Below are positions 1-13,464 of a stretch of 64,000 bases of DNA, piece by piece. Source of the stretch: Narcine bancroftii (Eukaryota). The stretch lies in assembly GCF_036971445.1 (NCBI RefSeq), contig NC_091478.1, positions 16,988,001 through 17,052,000 of the forward strand, written 5' to 3'. The notes under the pieces are model-generated. The model searched no databases and was not told the origin of the DNA. It was given only the letters and a program-made list of their open reading frames with translations. Positions within the stretch are counted from its first letter, which is position 1, and the number at the start of each line of letters is the position of its first letter. The position numbers and the translations under genes are program-made.

Positions 1-185
1 AAAAAAAACTACAGAGGTATGGGTGCCTGGAATACCTTGCTATGGATGGTGGTGAAGACTGGAATAGAGGATTATGAGGTTTGGTGGGGGGGGGGTTAGT
101 TTTTTTGATAGGTATACTGTATAGTATGTAGGTCAGCACAACATCATGAGCTGAAGGGCCTGTATAGTGCTGTAATGTTCTACGT
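1..185 (+). mobile_element. CR1/L2-type LINE 3' tail fragment
   Basis: Ends in ...ggtcagcacaacatcatgagctgaagggcctgtatagtgctgtaatgttcta, a tail motif that recurs with variation near 20080, 33650 and (minus strand) 57890. Confidence 0.55.
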
Positions 186-1227
186 CAGAGGTGACTAGTT
201 GCAGAGCCAAATGAGCAAGTCAAAGACTTTTGAAATAGAGAGGAAATTAAAACTTTTGGAAAAAAGATTTCCTTGTGATAATTTAAAATCAAGGTCAACA
301 ATCAGATGTATATTGTAACATGGTTCAATAGCCCCAAAATATGAGTCTATAGGCCACATGTATGGCAGGCATTTCCCTCCAATATTCATCATGACTATGT
401 TGGATATTGCCTGACAGCAAGTCATGACAAAAAGGATATTTTTTGTTTGCATGGTTTTGGCAAGACCAAATTGTCTCTCGTTGTTCCTTGCTGGAATCTC
501 CAAATCAGAATTTAATGATTTCAAACCACCCACACCACAGATTGGCTCATGGAGCCAATCAATGCAATGTGTTTTAAATCTAGTTCATTCAGGGCAGGAG
601 GATTTCAAGTTTAATCCTTCGTTTCTCGTGGAGCACTAGCTAGTCTCAGCAAAAATAATAAATATTCAAAACCTTTGGATTTCACCCCCACCCCTCCACA
701 AATTGGCAGAAAACCCACTGAAATTAGTTATTCTAATTGAAAAGATGTGTAAAATATTAGTGTTTCAATAGTTTCCAACCACATTTGAACAAGTAGCTTA
801 CATGATGATCCACATTCATGATGTGTAGCCCAGTCAGAGCCATAATAATTAAATTCCAGCATAATTTTCTGCTGGATAATGAAAGAAAAATAAAATGGCA
901 GTAAATAAGATGTGCAGTTCTGCAAGCATTGCAGTTACATTTGTTAAACAGTAAAGAACCAGGTATTACATTTAAAATTACCTAACACGTATTAAATATA
1001 TAATCTTTCCTGCTTGCTATTTCTGCATATTTGCTTTCAGTGACTTGTTTACAAGGTTAGTGAGATCCCTTTGTCGACCAACATTTGCCAATTTATAACT
1101 ATTTAACTACCAAAGTAGTTAGCTTCATGTTTACCACATTTTATTTTATTTGCCATTCATCGAAATTTTCAGAGGTATTTAATGAACATAAACCATATTC
1201 ATTCCAATAACATAAAAGATAAATACT

Positions 1228-1537
<310 letters not shown>

Positions 1538-1664
1538 TCAAAGCATAAATAAACAAGAGCCATCAATTTTAATCCAATTTTAGCTAAAAATTACAGCACA
1601 AGCAAACTATACTTCTAAGTAAATCAACATTTTCTTGGAAAACCTGTTCAAGATATTTACCTTG

Positions 1665-2310
1665 ATGTTTTGATATGTGTTAATTTTATTACTTCTTTCT
1701 TTCTTTTTACTTTTCTTTTCATCAGGGATGTTTAAGAAGAGTTAATTTTACTGGATTAAAGAAGTTGGGGAGAAGAGATGTCATAAGATTTTGGAAAAAT
1801 GGTTAGGGTTAACAAGTTTTAAAAATAATTTGTAAGAGTTATTTTAACAATATCGCGCAAAAGAAATTTGATAATTATATAGGTTCAGAAATGGAAGATG
1901 ATGAAGCTGTACATTATTGAGATGATAATATTTGGGGTAAGAAATAGATAACATATTTTTTTTGAAATTATATAGCCTATATTTGTGAAATGATGTTTTT
2001 GAATGTTTAATATAATGATGATGAGATATAATGATTAATAGGAGATCCATTACTGTAAAATCAAGTACAATAATGTTAAGGGATATAATGTAATCTGACA
2101 ACATAATGTTGTAGTTTTTAATTTTCTTCTAGTTTGGATAATAGTTCTAAGGCATCTTTCTATTTTTTTTGGGTTCTTTTTTGATTTATTTTTGGGGATT
2201 TTTTCAATCATTTTTTATTTGGGGAGGGGAGATTAGATTTGGTTTGAAAGTCCATGAATTTTGAATGTGAATACATGTATGACTGAAAAATTTAAAGTCA
2301 AATTTTAAAA
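1665..2310 (+). mobile_element. 5'-truncated L1/Tx1-like 3' fragment in ATP6V1B intron 2
   Basis: Very AT-rich block ending in an A-rich tail, flanked by 15-bp direct repeats aagatatttaccttg (1650-1664) and aagacatttaccttg (2311-2325), consistent with a TSD. Confidence 0.6.
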
Positions 2311-2681
2311 AAGACATTTACCTTGTTTTGTTTGATGTTGTTTTATTCTTGCAAATTTCGGTACTCATTACACCAATCCCACAGATTTTCCCACAAAACA
2401 ATGACTTGCATGCTAATTCAAATGTTTAGCTATTAGCATTTTTATTGCACAACACTATATAACCCCAGAAGAAAAAGCACATTTTATTAAGCAGCTAAAT
2501 TTACATTTTGGGAGCAAGTGATTGAATGGATAGAGATGCTAATGAGAAGTTATTTGATAAGCATAATATCAACACAATCATTCATGCCAAAACATTTTAG
2601 TTATTTGGTTGGGGATCAAAATTATGCATCTAGTCAACATTCCAAATTAACCACAGCAAGTTATTTTGTGGTGATGAATAC

Positions 2682-2737
2682 CTTCACTGCATCCAAAACC
2701 ACCAATGGTCCATTTACAGCAGACACGGTCTTGTAGG
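2682..2737 (-). CDS. ATP6V1B: V-type proton ATPase subunit B, coding exon 2 ((T)YKTVSAVNGPLVVLDAVK)
   Basis: 56-nt exon, ttttaatag|CCTACAAG...GTGAAG|gtattc, phase 1/0. Matches ATP6V1B2 TYKTVSGVNGPLVILDHVK and is in frame with exons 1 and 3. Confidence 0.95.
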
Positions 2738-5704
2738 CTATTAAAAATAAAATTCACAGAAATTAGATTTCTTTAGTAATTTGCCATCAAATTCAATACA
2801 TAATGTACTCTTAAATCCTTGCAAGTGTTAGGCTGCCATTTATAAGTATCCTTTATGCTAATATGCACAATTCATGGATTAGACTTTTACATGGTCACTG
2901 ACTTTAATGCAAGAAAAATAACTTCTGTACAAATCTAGCTTTCTCCAAACCATGCTGTGGTGTTGCAGTTGTTTAGTAAAAGGATTTACTTCTACATCAG
3001 CATGGTTACAAAGATCATTTTTCATCAAGCCTCAATATATTAACAGATCACCATTTGATGAACTACACACAATGGCATTACTGTTGCACGTACGGGTGGT
3101 CAACTATCAGTGAGCTGTAAGAAAAGCGCATATTTTGGAGCATGATTTTGATACATTACTAAGTGTTCAAAATTGCCTTGTTATTTAACTGCAACCTTAG
3201 ATGCTACTGTCAGGTGATGAAGCAACACAGGAGACACAGGCCATTACCTTGGCCTTTTTATTTTACATGGGAAAATATTACCCATGTAGACAGTGGAGAC
3301 AATTTGACAATGTTTGACATTTATTTCTGATCAGCCTTCTCTCACATCTGTGGTGGCTGAAGTAAGGACTGCATTGTTTCGATTGGCTTCTATCACGCTT
3401 CGCTTTTTGTGTAATCCGTCAATCTCTTCACCGATATCAAAGCTGCAAGGAAATTAGAACAGACCAGCTCTACTGCAGTGCACTAAAGCTTAGCGGGGTG
3501 CATCCACTATGCAACTAATTAGGCTGCAGCCAACAGAATAAACCTGTCAATGTTCGCTTGCTGTTTCCCACACACCTGCATTTCATTCACTAATAAGCAA
3601 ACATCAGGAGAAGGCAAATTGCTCAAGCATGAAAACCATACAACAGTGTTGCAATCTACTACAGTATTTTTAATTTGTTTGAAAGTTGCAAAATGCTTAT
3701 CTAAGATTGAAAATAATCCATTTGCTGGAAAAGTATAATTCTATTAAAAACATTTCTCAAAAGTTTCAGGTTAGTTATTTTAAGTGGGTCCTTCAGCCTC
3801 TTTTAAGGAATTTTTTTTTAAATCTGCTCATACAGAGATTGTCTGAATAACTACTCAACAATAGACGATTAAACCCAAACAATGACTAATAGTGAAAAAA
3901 GCTAACCAGGTATTGGAGTAAATAGAAAAAAAGATACCATTTCTAACATGTATTTGATACATCCAACTTGACAAACGCAGGAGCTATTTTTTGTTATTGA
4001 ATGGTACTATTTATTGCAGCCATTAAATCAACCATTAATTTTTTTTTAAACTTCAATTTCATTGTTATGTATCAATTAATATGAGATTCAATATATTCCA
4101 AAATGTTCAATGCAAATAATCTACTTGGAATTAGGTTTGTTACTTTGAAGAATCTATTTTAATGCAGTTTCAGGCAGTGTCCATAGCAGTTCAATTCTGT
4201 GTAAGGTTTTTTGCTATAATCCATCTCAGGAAGCACCATTTCAATTATAAATAAAAACTCTCCCCACTTGAGCTCAAGTACACAGCCCCCTGTTTAATAT
4301 GCAGCTCCTGAGCAGGTCACAAGGCCGTCTGTTCAGCTGCCAGCAGCTTTTGTGTACAAAGATGTTAATTGGTTCTAATCCCTTCATAGAAGCTGTTTTG
4401 GTAGCCTGACCCAGCACCCTGAAGGACACCTTGGTGTGAAATACTAAGGGCCCATTCAAGGAGGAGTGAAAGAAAGCAGTGTGCATTCCAACACATTTGA
4501 TTTAAAAGGCTGGAGGGTACAGCATCATTCTAAACTGAATAAATCTTACAAGTTGTGGTAACAGTGAAGCATGCTCTCTTCAGCGATGTAATCTACTAAA
4601 AGAGTACTAAACTACAACTCATTTTCAAAATAATACAACCACATTAAAAGAACATTACATGGTATTGCTGTTCAGTTTTGAATTAGATAACAAGTCAGTT
4701 CCGTTTGTATACATAATAGCAAGATTACCATGATTAAGACAGGGTAAAGAGTAGCTATGAATACAATTTATTAAAATGGTCCTGTGTGAGGGCTGTTTTA
4801 CTTTCCTTACACCACCCCCCCCCCCCCCCCCGCCTCCCTCCACACCACTCCTTCCCCATTATTTTCTTCTCTAACCCTGGCACATTAAAAACATATGGTT
4901 GGTTTGAATAGATGGAAACATACTATCCTCCTCTCTTTTCATACTCGTCTCACCACCTCAAAGCATCATGAGTGGGGTCCTTTAATATTACAGAGAATTT
5001 GCCAAGTGTAGAATTTCATGGCCAGCTACCTGCCCTGAAAACATTCGGCGTTTGGGCAACTTGGCAGGAATCTAAATTGAGGACAAGGTTTTATTTCTCA
5101 GGTCTTTCATATTTTGATCAGAAGCACAGCCGTTAGTTTTGTCCTTCATTAAATTATAAATTATAGAAATAAAAATTATATCCCCACTAATGTCAAATTT
5201 CTTAAGCTAAAATTAACAACTGATTTTCAGATAAAACAGAGAAAACAATACGAGGGCTGTCAGCAAAACACCAGCTTCTTAGGCCTTGATAGTTCTAATG
5301 TAGTGGTTACGTCTTTTAAAGAATGCAAAGATGAGAACTTATGAATTTGCATGAGTTTTTGCATTTATTTTGATAATTTATGCATAAATTTGTATAATAT
5401 TATGTCATTGTGTCAAAGTTCAGGATAGTATTAGTAATAGTCAAAAGATATGGCTTCAAACCCTACGCCAAAGATTACCTCAGCATCTCAGATACTATTG
5501 CAATGATAGGTGTCAAAAGAATTGTGTTTCAGATGAAACTTTGTGTCGTATGGTCAGCCTTCCAGGGTCCATCCAAAAGAGCCAATTGCACTACCTAAAT
5601 AGCATGAAAATTAACCAATTTTATTCATCAATCTATGTCCCTCAAATAGATGATGTTTAATTTCAGCATCTATTTTTGTTACATTTTTCTGTTGCACAAC
5701 AGTA

Positions 5705-6287
5705 AACCGTACTCAACCGTACTCAACCGTACTCAACCGTACTCAACCGTACTCAACCGTACTCAACCGTACTCAACCGTACTCAACCGTACTCAACCGT
5801 ACTCAACCGTACTCAACCGTACTCAACCGTACTCAACCGTACTCAACCGTACTCAACCGTACTCAACCGTACTCAACCGTACTCAACCGTACTCAACCGT
5901 ACTCAACCGTACTCAACCGTACTCAACCGTACTCAACCGTACTCAACCGTACTCAACCGTACTCAACCGTACTCAACCGTACTCAACCGTACTCAACCGT
6001 ACTCAACCGTACTCAACCGTACTCAACCGTACTCAACCGTACTCAACCGTACTCAACCGTACTCAACCGTACTCAACCGTACTCAACCGTACTCAACCGT
6101 ACTCAACCGTACTCAACCGTACTCAACCGTACTCAACCGTACTCAACCGTACTCAACCGTACTCAACCGTACTCAACCGTACTCAACCGTACTCAACCGT
6201 ACTCAACCGTACTCAACCGTACTCAACCGTACTCAACCGTACTCAACCGTACTCAACCGTACTCAACCGTACTCAACCGTACTCAAC
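5705..6287. repeat. Perfect 10-bp minisatellite (AACCGTACTC)x~58
   Basis: Uninterrupted, apparently invariant decamer array of about 583 bp. Confidence 0.98.
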
Positions 6288-6684
6288 TGGCTGTGATATG
6301 TACAGGGACACTGAATCTATAAAAATATTTCTTATAAATGTATGATCTTCTCTGCACAAGATTATTTGGTTTCCATTGCCTTGATCTTCACAAATGCTCT
6401 GACATGCAGAATAATTAATTAAAATTACGCCACAGGACCTGAAGAATTTACAATTACCTTTATATCTGGAAGACCAAAAAATGCTAATCTCAATCTCAAT
6501 ACATTATTTAAAATGCATCTGGTTTACCAATCAGATTCCATCCTAACATTATCTGGGATATGTGTGATTCAAAATCTACCAAACGACTGATACTCAAATG
6601 CCTTATCAATTTAAAGGAATGGACAATAAATGCAAGCCATGCCAATGACTTTCATTTCTTCAGAACAGATTCATATAGTTATAT

Positions 6685-7465
6685 TGGAATAGAATGAAAA
6701 CTTCAGCCCAACTTGCCCATGCCAATCAAGTTGTCCATCTAAGCTAGTCACATTTCCCCATATCCCTCTAAACCTGGATATCCCTATGTACCTGGATAAT
6801 GTCTTTTAAATATCATAATAATTTCTGCCTTTACCGCATCCTGCCAGTGTCCATAACAGAAGAATACAAATAGGACCATCTGTCCCATTGAGCCTGCTCC
6901 CCATTTAGTATCAGGGCTGATCAGGTCCTTTTCAGATCTTTCCTCCAACCTTAAACTCATGCCCTCTAGTTTTAGACTCTGCTACTCGAGGGAACTATTG
7001 ACTATTCACCTTCTCTATGCCCCTCATGATTTTGTGCCCCTCGATAAGGTTACCCCCTCAGCATCCTAAGCTCCAGGGATAAAAAGTTCTAGCCTATACA
7101 GCCCCTCCTTCTACCTCAAGCCTTCCAACTCCAGTGACCTCCTTTTGAATCTTTTTTACACTTTTGTCAGTTCACTGACATGCAAGGCAACCAGAACTGC
7201 ACACAGTATCATAAATGTTGCCTACCAAACTCTTGTATAGCTGTAGTATGGGGCTCCAAAGCCTGTACTCAATGCCATTCTGAAGGCAAATGTGCCAAAC
7301 ACCATCTTCACTACCCTGCTACCCGAGTAGACTTTCAGAAAACCATGTCCTTGTACACATCAGTCTGCGTTCCACAACACACACTCAGTGCCCTCCCAAT
7401 TACTGTGAAGGTCCTCTCCACATTTGACTTGCTAAAATGCTACCCCTCACACTTATCCAGATTAA
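6685..7465 (-). mobile_element. CR1-type LINE 3' fragment(s)
   Basis: Reverse complement of the CR1 3' region also seen near 40420, 43590 and 61380 (e.g. ccctctagttttagactc, gaactgcacacagtatc). Confidence 0.65.
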
Positions 7466-8121
7466 ACAGAATAATTTTTTTTCGCCAAAAACAATCGATC
7501 TTGGAAAACAAAAGGCAAAAGAGCTCACATTTCAATCATCTGATTAAAAATGAAATCATAAGCTGATGGAAGATTAATTTTTCATAAATCTTTGGTAATT
7601 TTAATCTTACCTTTTTTAACTTAAATACATTAAAGAGAGAACAATGAATCTGGCAAGATTGCTCAGGAACAAGACAGCCATTCAACTTCTTGATCCGTTT
7701 TGTCATTCAAAAGCTGAATTATAGATCATGGAAATAATATTGTTTATCAATTCTGCATGAGCCTTTTACTTTTACCAATGTTACTAAAATGTTTAGCATT
7801 TAAAGACTTCAATAAACTCATCACATTTGCTGTACTGTGAAACTTTATGTAATCATCATGAAACAACCATTATGCTCATTATATCTTGGATGGATATAAC
7901 TGGAGTCAATTATGCTTTTTACACAACCACTTCATTCCGGGATACATGAAGCCTTTTTTACATGCCTGCTGTGTAAAAAGCACCAACATGGAATGGGAAG
8001 GTGGGGTCATTCCAATCCAGGCTTTTTTTCCAGCAGCAAAGGAAGTAACAATGCCGGAACGCTGTTTATGTAAAAGGGCATTTGGCATTCCAGGACCAAT
8101 TCAAAGGATGTGTGTGTGTAC

Positions 8122-9035
8122 TGTGACAGAGTATACAGACATGTTATTGGGAGATAAATTGAAAAAGGTTTGTTAGAGTAGGTTACATACAAACCCTTTA
8201 AAACGGATCTTATTTAAAATAATGGAGCTCTGTCCCATGCTAGATATATTGGCTCCACTGCTTTTGCAAGAGCTTTGAAGAGCGCTCAAGAGACTTCACT
8301 AATGGATTGTTGCTTGCAAAAGGCAACAAATGAAAGATCTTGTTGGAGCTGCAGACTATCTGGAAGAAAACTTGTTGTTCTAAGAGGGCCATGTGGTTTT
8401 GCAAGCAGAGTGTCAAACAGGCTTTCTCTCAAAGAGAGACAGAGACATACAGAGATCACTTCTACAGTGTTACAGCCAGCAAAAGTAGCTGGGACTAGAA
8501 CAGGACAAGCTGGCAAGCTTGTGGAAAGGCCCAATTTGGAAGACGGCCTGGTCAAAGTCCTTGTGGTTCATGCAAGAGGAGAGGACTGGCTGTCTAATGT
8601 TTCACTTAGAATAAGAAAAACAAAAAGGAACTCTGTGATGACCTGAAAGAAAGAATTTATCATCTGGAGACCCTGATCAGCAAGACACTGAAGTGGCTGA
8701 TTAAAAAGTAACAACAAATCTCTCTGAAAACTGACAAGAACCTTCTTAAGCGGAAACTATTTATCTTTCAAGCACCAAATCCTGGTGAACTTTATAAATG
8801 TTAAATTCTGTGAACAGTATAAGAATTGCCTGCAACCAGTGAACTTGGAGAAGTGAGATTGGACTGTGAACCAAAGAACTTTCCTGAATTTACACACACA
8901 CATTACATACACGTCCGCTTAGAATTAGAAGGGAGTTAAGTTAAAGTGTGATTCTGTTTTCATATTTAAAGATAATTAAAAGCAACTTTTGTTTAAGTAA
9001 CCATTGTCTTGGTGAATATCTATTGCTGCTGGGTT
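8122..9035 (+). mobile_element. Solo LTR (family shared with 17552-18537)
   Basis: Starts TGTGACA. Shares collinear blocks with the 17.5-18.5 kb copy (ggaactctgtg.tgacctg, tctctgaaaactgacaa, aagaattgcctg, cttagaattagaagggga, tttaagtaacca). Confidence 0.6.
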
Positions 9036-9809
9036 TACCATATTTTTTTTTAGTGTATTTATGGACAAAACACACAAATAGGACAACAGGAAAAATCTTT
9101 TTTAATAATACCATTGTTCTGCTCTCTCCTGGCAAAGGTAAAAGGCAGAGTTCATCCAGCTGACAGCAAGTAGTTCACCAGGGAATACCTGAACCAGCAG
9201 GCCCTTGGGGTTTAGCCCATCTTGGATGTCTACACATGCTCCCATAAATGCAGGAGTCTGAAATGAGCACTGGATGGAATGGCTGGAGCTGGAGGTGAAA
9301 TGAGCTGGTGGTGAAACAGTGATGCTTCCTCTCCTAGACTCATTGCTGGGTTAGGTGGCTGAAGCACTGATGTGTTGCTGGGAGGAGAATGAGAGGTGAT
9401 TTAATTCATAATTCATGGTTTTGACAGGACAGATGTGGAGCGACTGTTGTCTTTCAAAATAGGGCTTGATCATTCATGAATAAGATAAAAAGCATGAAAG
9501 GGTACTGAATCTGGAACTCTACAGAAGGGTGTGAATGCTCAATTACTGAATGTATTCAAGACAGACACTGAAAGACCTTCAGATATTAAGGGAGAGGAGA
9601 TAAGTGTTAAGGAGTGGCATTGTGATAAATGACCACCCCCCACACTGATCCCTCCATCCTGCTCTCAGCTGCCCCCAGGTGTCTGTAGTCACCTTGTGCT
9701 GTGAGCAAGCTGGTCTGTGGGTTTGTCCTCAGTTTGAACAGTCTGAAGCCCACCGCCCCAGTAACCCCCCTCCCTCAACCTCTCTTCATCTTCCCACCAG
9801 TCCTCATTG

Positions 9810-10135
9810 ATAGATGCCAGTGATTAGTAAGGGATTACTTAAGGTGGTCCACGTCAGCTGACGTGGATTTTTTACCCCCTCCATAAATCTTCGTCCGCGA
9901 AGCCAAGCCAAAGACTTAAGGTGGTATGTGAATGGAAAAAAAATCTTTGAAAACCACTATTTTGATCATATTCATTATGTAGACAGTTTCATAACTCCAA
10001 AGGAAATGGGCCACTAACAATTTTCTCAAGCAAAATATTTCAGTAACATTTGGGTCTAGAAAAATGGTTCTCAACCTTTTTCCCCCATTCACATACCACC
10101 TTAAGTAATCCCTTACTAATGACCACTGTCTATCT
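9810..10135. mobile_element. Fold-back MITE-like element interrupted by an RTE tail
   Basis: Arms attagtaagggattacttaaggtggtatgtgaatgg and ccattcacataccaccttaagtaatcccttactaat are reverse complements once the 9849-9913 insert is removed. Confidence 0.65.
9849..9913 (+). mobile_element. 65-bp RTE-LINE 3' end with 12-bp TSD
   Basis: cagctgacgtgga...ccataaatcttcgtccgcgaagccaagccaaag, flanked by acttaaggtggt at 9837-9848 and 9914-9925. Confidence 0.85.
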
Positions 10136-11730
10136 TTGAGGGAGGTGGCAGGCTGTCGGCATTACTTACCATTATCACCCGAATTTCAACTTCGCATACA
10201 AGACCAGGGAAATATTTTTGAGCCACTTTCTGGGAAAAAAAGTGGGTCTAACATGCTGTCAAATACAGTATGATATAGGTGACACAAGACGCTGTCGTGC
10301 TACACATCCCACCTCTTTTGCTCCTGGTATGCTGGCTTGCTGTGCAAAGACACACTGACTCTATCCTCAAAGACCCAGGCCATTCAGCTACCATCGGGAA
10401 TAAGGTACAGGAGCCTAAAGATGAGCACTCAGTGGCACAAGGACAGCATATTACCTGCTGCCATCAGATTTCTGAATAAAAATCAATGAACCAAGACACT
10501 GACTTACTTTCGGTGCACTATTATTTTCTTTTTTTTTTAATTATTGTTGTAATGTGGTTTATATGAATGCTTGCACTACAATGCTACCGCCAAACACCGA
10601 ATTTCGTGATTTGCTCGTGACAATAAATTCTGATTCTGACCCGGCATTATGCCAGCTTTGTTCGGTTCAGTGTAAACAACCAAAGCCAGCTTAATGCCTG
10701 GTGTTCCTTATAGCAATATCATGGGATTTCTGTGTAAACAACATAACTGAGTCAGTAACTGTTAAACATCTGTTTCTGCAACAATTTTGAAAGCACATTG
10801 AAAAGTCAAAATCTTAGTCACATCAACAACTTTTTCTGCATTTCCTTGAAATAGACCGTTACAAATTGCAGCCAATCCTCATTTTAGCACTTGCATGAAT
10901 ATTTTTGATGGAAACAATTATACAATTTCCAAAGCTGCTTTTAGAAACTCCAAACAGTACGATTAGGGAAAAAATTGAACATACGTTACGTATTTGCTTT
11001 TAACCTCCAGCCACATGGCTTCAATTCAAAGAGCTATATAAATGTTACTATTACATGATCAAACTCTCAGTCATGCCAAGAAATAGTGTTCGAATTAGTG
11101 GCTTTCAAACTGTTTCTCAGATTTGCATTAATTTACTTAATTATATGTTATATATTTTGCTAATTTGAGCAAATTTTAATTTCATTAGTGAGGGATAATT
11201 TTCTTGATTCAAGGTATGATGCGAATGCATTGAGTTTGAAGTAAAAAATAAGTACAGTAATTACTAAATCTTTATTTCTACATTTGGAACAGTTAAATGC
11301 ATAAATATTTTAAGTATTACTCTGCAATGAAACTAATAACAATTTGCAGTTTACGCAGATCCACAGTCAAATACAGAAATTGCTGTCAGTGATTTCCCAC
11401 AGCACTCAAGGTTGCACACTTACCCAGCCTTCTCCAGTGCAATCTTCAAAAATGAGTGATATAATGAAATTCATTTTTGCGGAAATGTTGTTTTGATGGA
11501 TGAGTTGCAAGAGGGCATATAATGGTGCACTGACAATAATCTGGCCATTTCATTTAACTTCACATTCATTCCCAATTTTTTTAACATTCCACACCTAACA
11601 AAAAATAACTTCTCTTTTTGAAAGTGTTTGATAGTTAAGCTTTTATCATAATTCAAAATGTCATTATTTTGTGTTCTACAAATAGTTAATAGTTTTAACT
11701 CCTTGGTTTGCCAAAATAATTCTTCATTGA

Positions 11731-12560
11731 TTTCAGAATCAGAATTTATTGTCATGAACAAGTCACAAAATTCATTGATTTTTGGCAGCATCACACAGTG
11801 TGAACATTTTTATAAACCACCTTACAAGAACAAAAAATAATGCACAAAAAGTCAAAATAACGCAGTGTCATCAGGAATCTGATGACAGCAGGGAAGACGC
11901 TGTCCTTGTGCCAGTGCGAGCTTGTCTTTAGGCTCCTGTACCTTCACCCCCATCCCCCTCAGTGAAGAGTGCATGACCTAGGTGGTAGGGGTCCTTGAAG
12001 ATTGAGGCAGCTTTCTTAAGACACCTCCACTTGTAGATGTCCTCAATGGAGTGAAGTCTGGTGCCCATGATGTTGCAAGTGGAGTTAATAACCCTCTGGA
12101 GTTTTTTCTTGTCCTGAGTGTTGGCACCTCCATACTAGACATTGATGCAACCAGCCAGAATGGTCTCCACAGTACACCTGTAGAAGTTTTCAAGAGTCTT
12201 TCAGTGACATACCAAATCACCTCAAACACGTCAAAAAGTATAGCCGCTGGCGAGCTTTCTTCGTAATTGTATCAATACAGATCCTCGGAGATATTCACAC
12301 CCAGGAATTTGAAGTTCTTGACCTCTCTACTACTGAGCCCTCAGTGAGAACCGGATCATGTCCTCCTGAAGTCTGTAATCATCTCCTTGATTTTGCTAAT
12401 GTTGAGTGGAAGGTTGTTGATGTGACACCACTCAACAACCTGATCTATCTCCCTCGTGTATGGTTCTTCATTGCTGTCTGTGATTCTGCCGACAACCGTG
12501 GTGTCATCTGCAAATTTGTAGATAGCATTAAAATTATGCCTGCCCACACGGCATGTCCAA
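11731..12560 (-). mobile_element. Rex1/Babar-type LINE 3' fragment (RT remnant)
   Basis: Minus-strand ORF contains KFADDTTVVGRI...VVEWCHINNLPLNISKIKEMITDFRR (RT motif region) and the element ends in a (TCTGAT/TCTGAA)-type tail. A related tail lies on the + strand near 10390-10640. Confidence 0.75.
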
Positions 12561-13365
12561 TTAACACCCACTTGTGAAGTCCTTATAGGCATTCTTCAAA
12601 GTTTCTGCAAAGGCACTCGGAGCCTGGACTGTCTGGCTTGAGCAGAGCTCTGGCATTTTAAATGAGACTGTTTTGAAGTGTTTGTTTGTGACCTACACTA
12701 AAAAACCTGCCACAATTTATCTCCTTTCAAACATTTCTATATACAATACAAAATAAAACATTATCTGTCACAATCTGTTAATTCTGTTGTCCGTTCAAAT
12801 ATCTTTGTTACATCTTACTGGATCCTAACATCCCTTAGAAATGGCATGTGCAATCCATTTGTTACTCTTTGAAAAGCTATGGAATAGAATCATAGAATGT
12901 TTGGTTACCATGTGGAAGGGGACTGTTTGGAACATGGAGTCTGTTCTAATGTTCTAAAAAGAATCTCAGGGTTCTACTTGATGTCATACTCTGGTAATAA
13001 ATCTGAACTTTGAAGTTCTGCAGGGAGCAATCGCCTCAGTACAATTCCCCAGTTTTTTTACCCCTGAAGTCATGTGGAAAGAAAATTCTCTTGCATAATG
13101 TGCCCAATTTATTTTTAAAAACAAAGATTATATCAGCAGCCAACCACCCTTTCAAATCAATAAACTCCAAATGATTCCTTTTGCACAACACCTGTTCTTA
13201 TAGTGATCCCTTCCAATTTATGTCCTCTCGTCCTCAACCCATTTCCCCTCCAAATGAGACAATCACCAAGAATGCATCTCTCAAACCACTTCTCAATCTT
13301 CTCTGCTTTAATTGAAATTTCTCAACCTTCAGACAACTTTTTTTAAATGTATTATGCACTCTCCT

Positions 13366-13464
13366 GCCTGTCCCGCATCGGACTTGTCAGCCACAAACGA
13401 GCCTGCAGCTGACGTGGACTTTTTACCCCCTCCATAAATCTTCGTCCGCGAAGCCAAGCCAAAG
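13366..13464 (+). mobile_element. RTE-LINE 3' end with 12-bp TSD
   Basis: Same tail as the 14.3-15.1 kb copy, flanked by atgcactctcct at 13354-13365 and 13465-13476. Confidence 0.85.

Noticed and set aside
4425-4470. Minus-strand peptide SLNGPLVFHTK resembling exon 2 (VNGPLV)
   Set aside because: No suitable acceptor, short match only, and the real exon lies elsewhere.
11424-11594. In-frame TGA read as selenocysteine
   Set aside because: No recognisable selenoprotein motif or SECIS element, and exon status is unproven.
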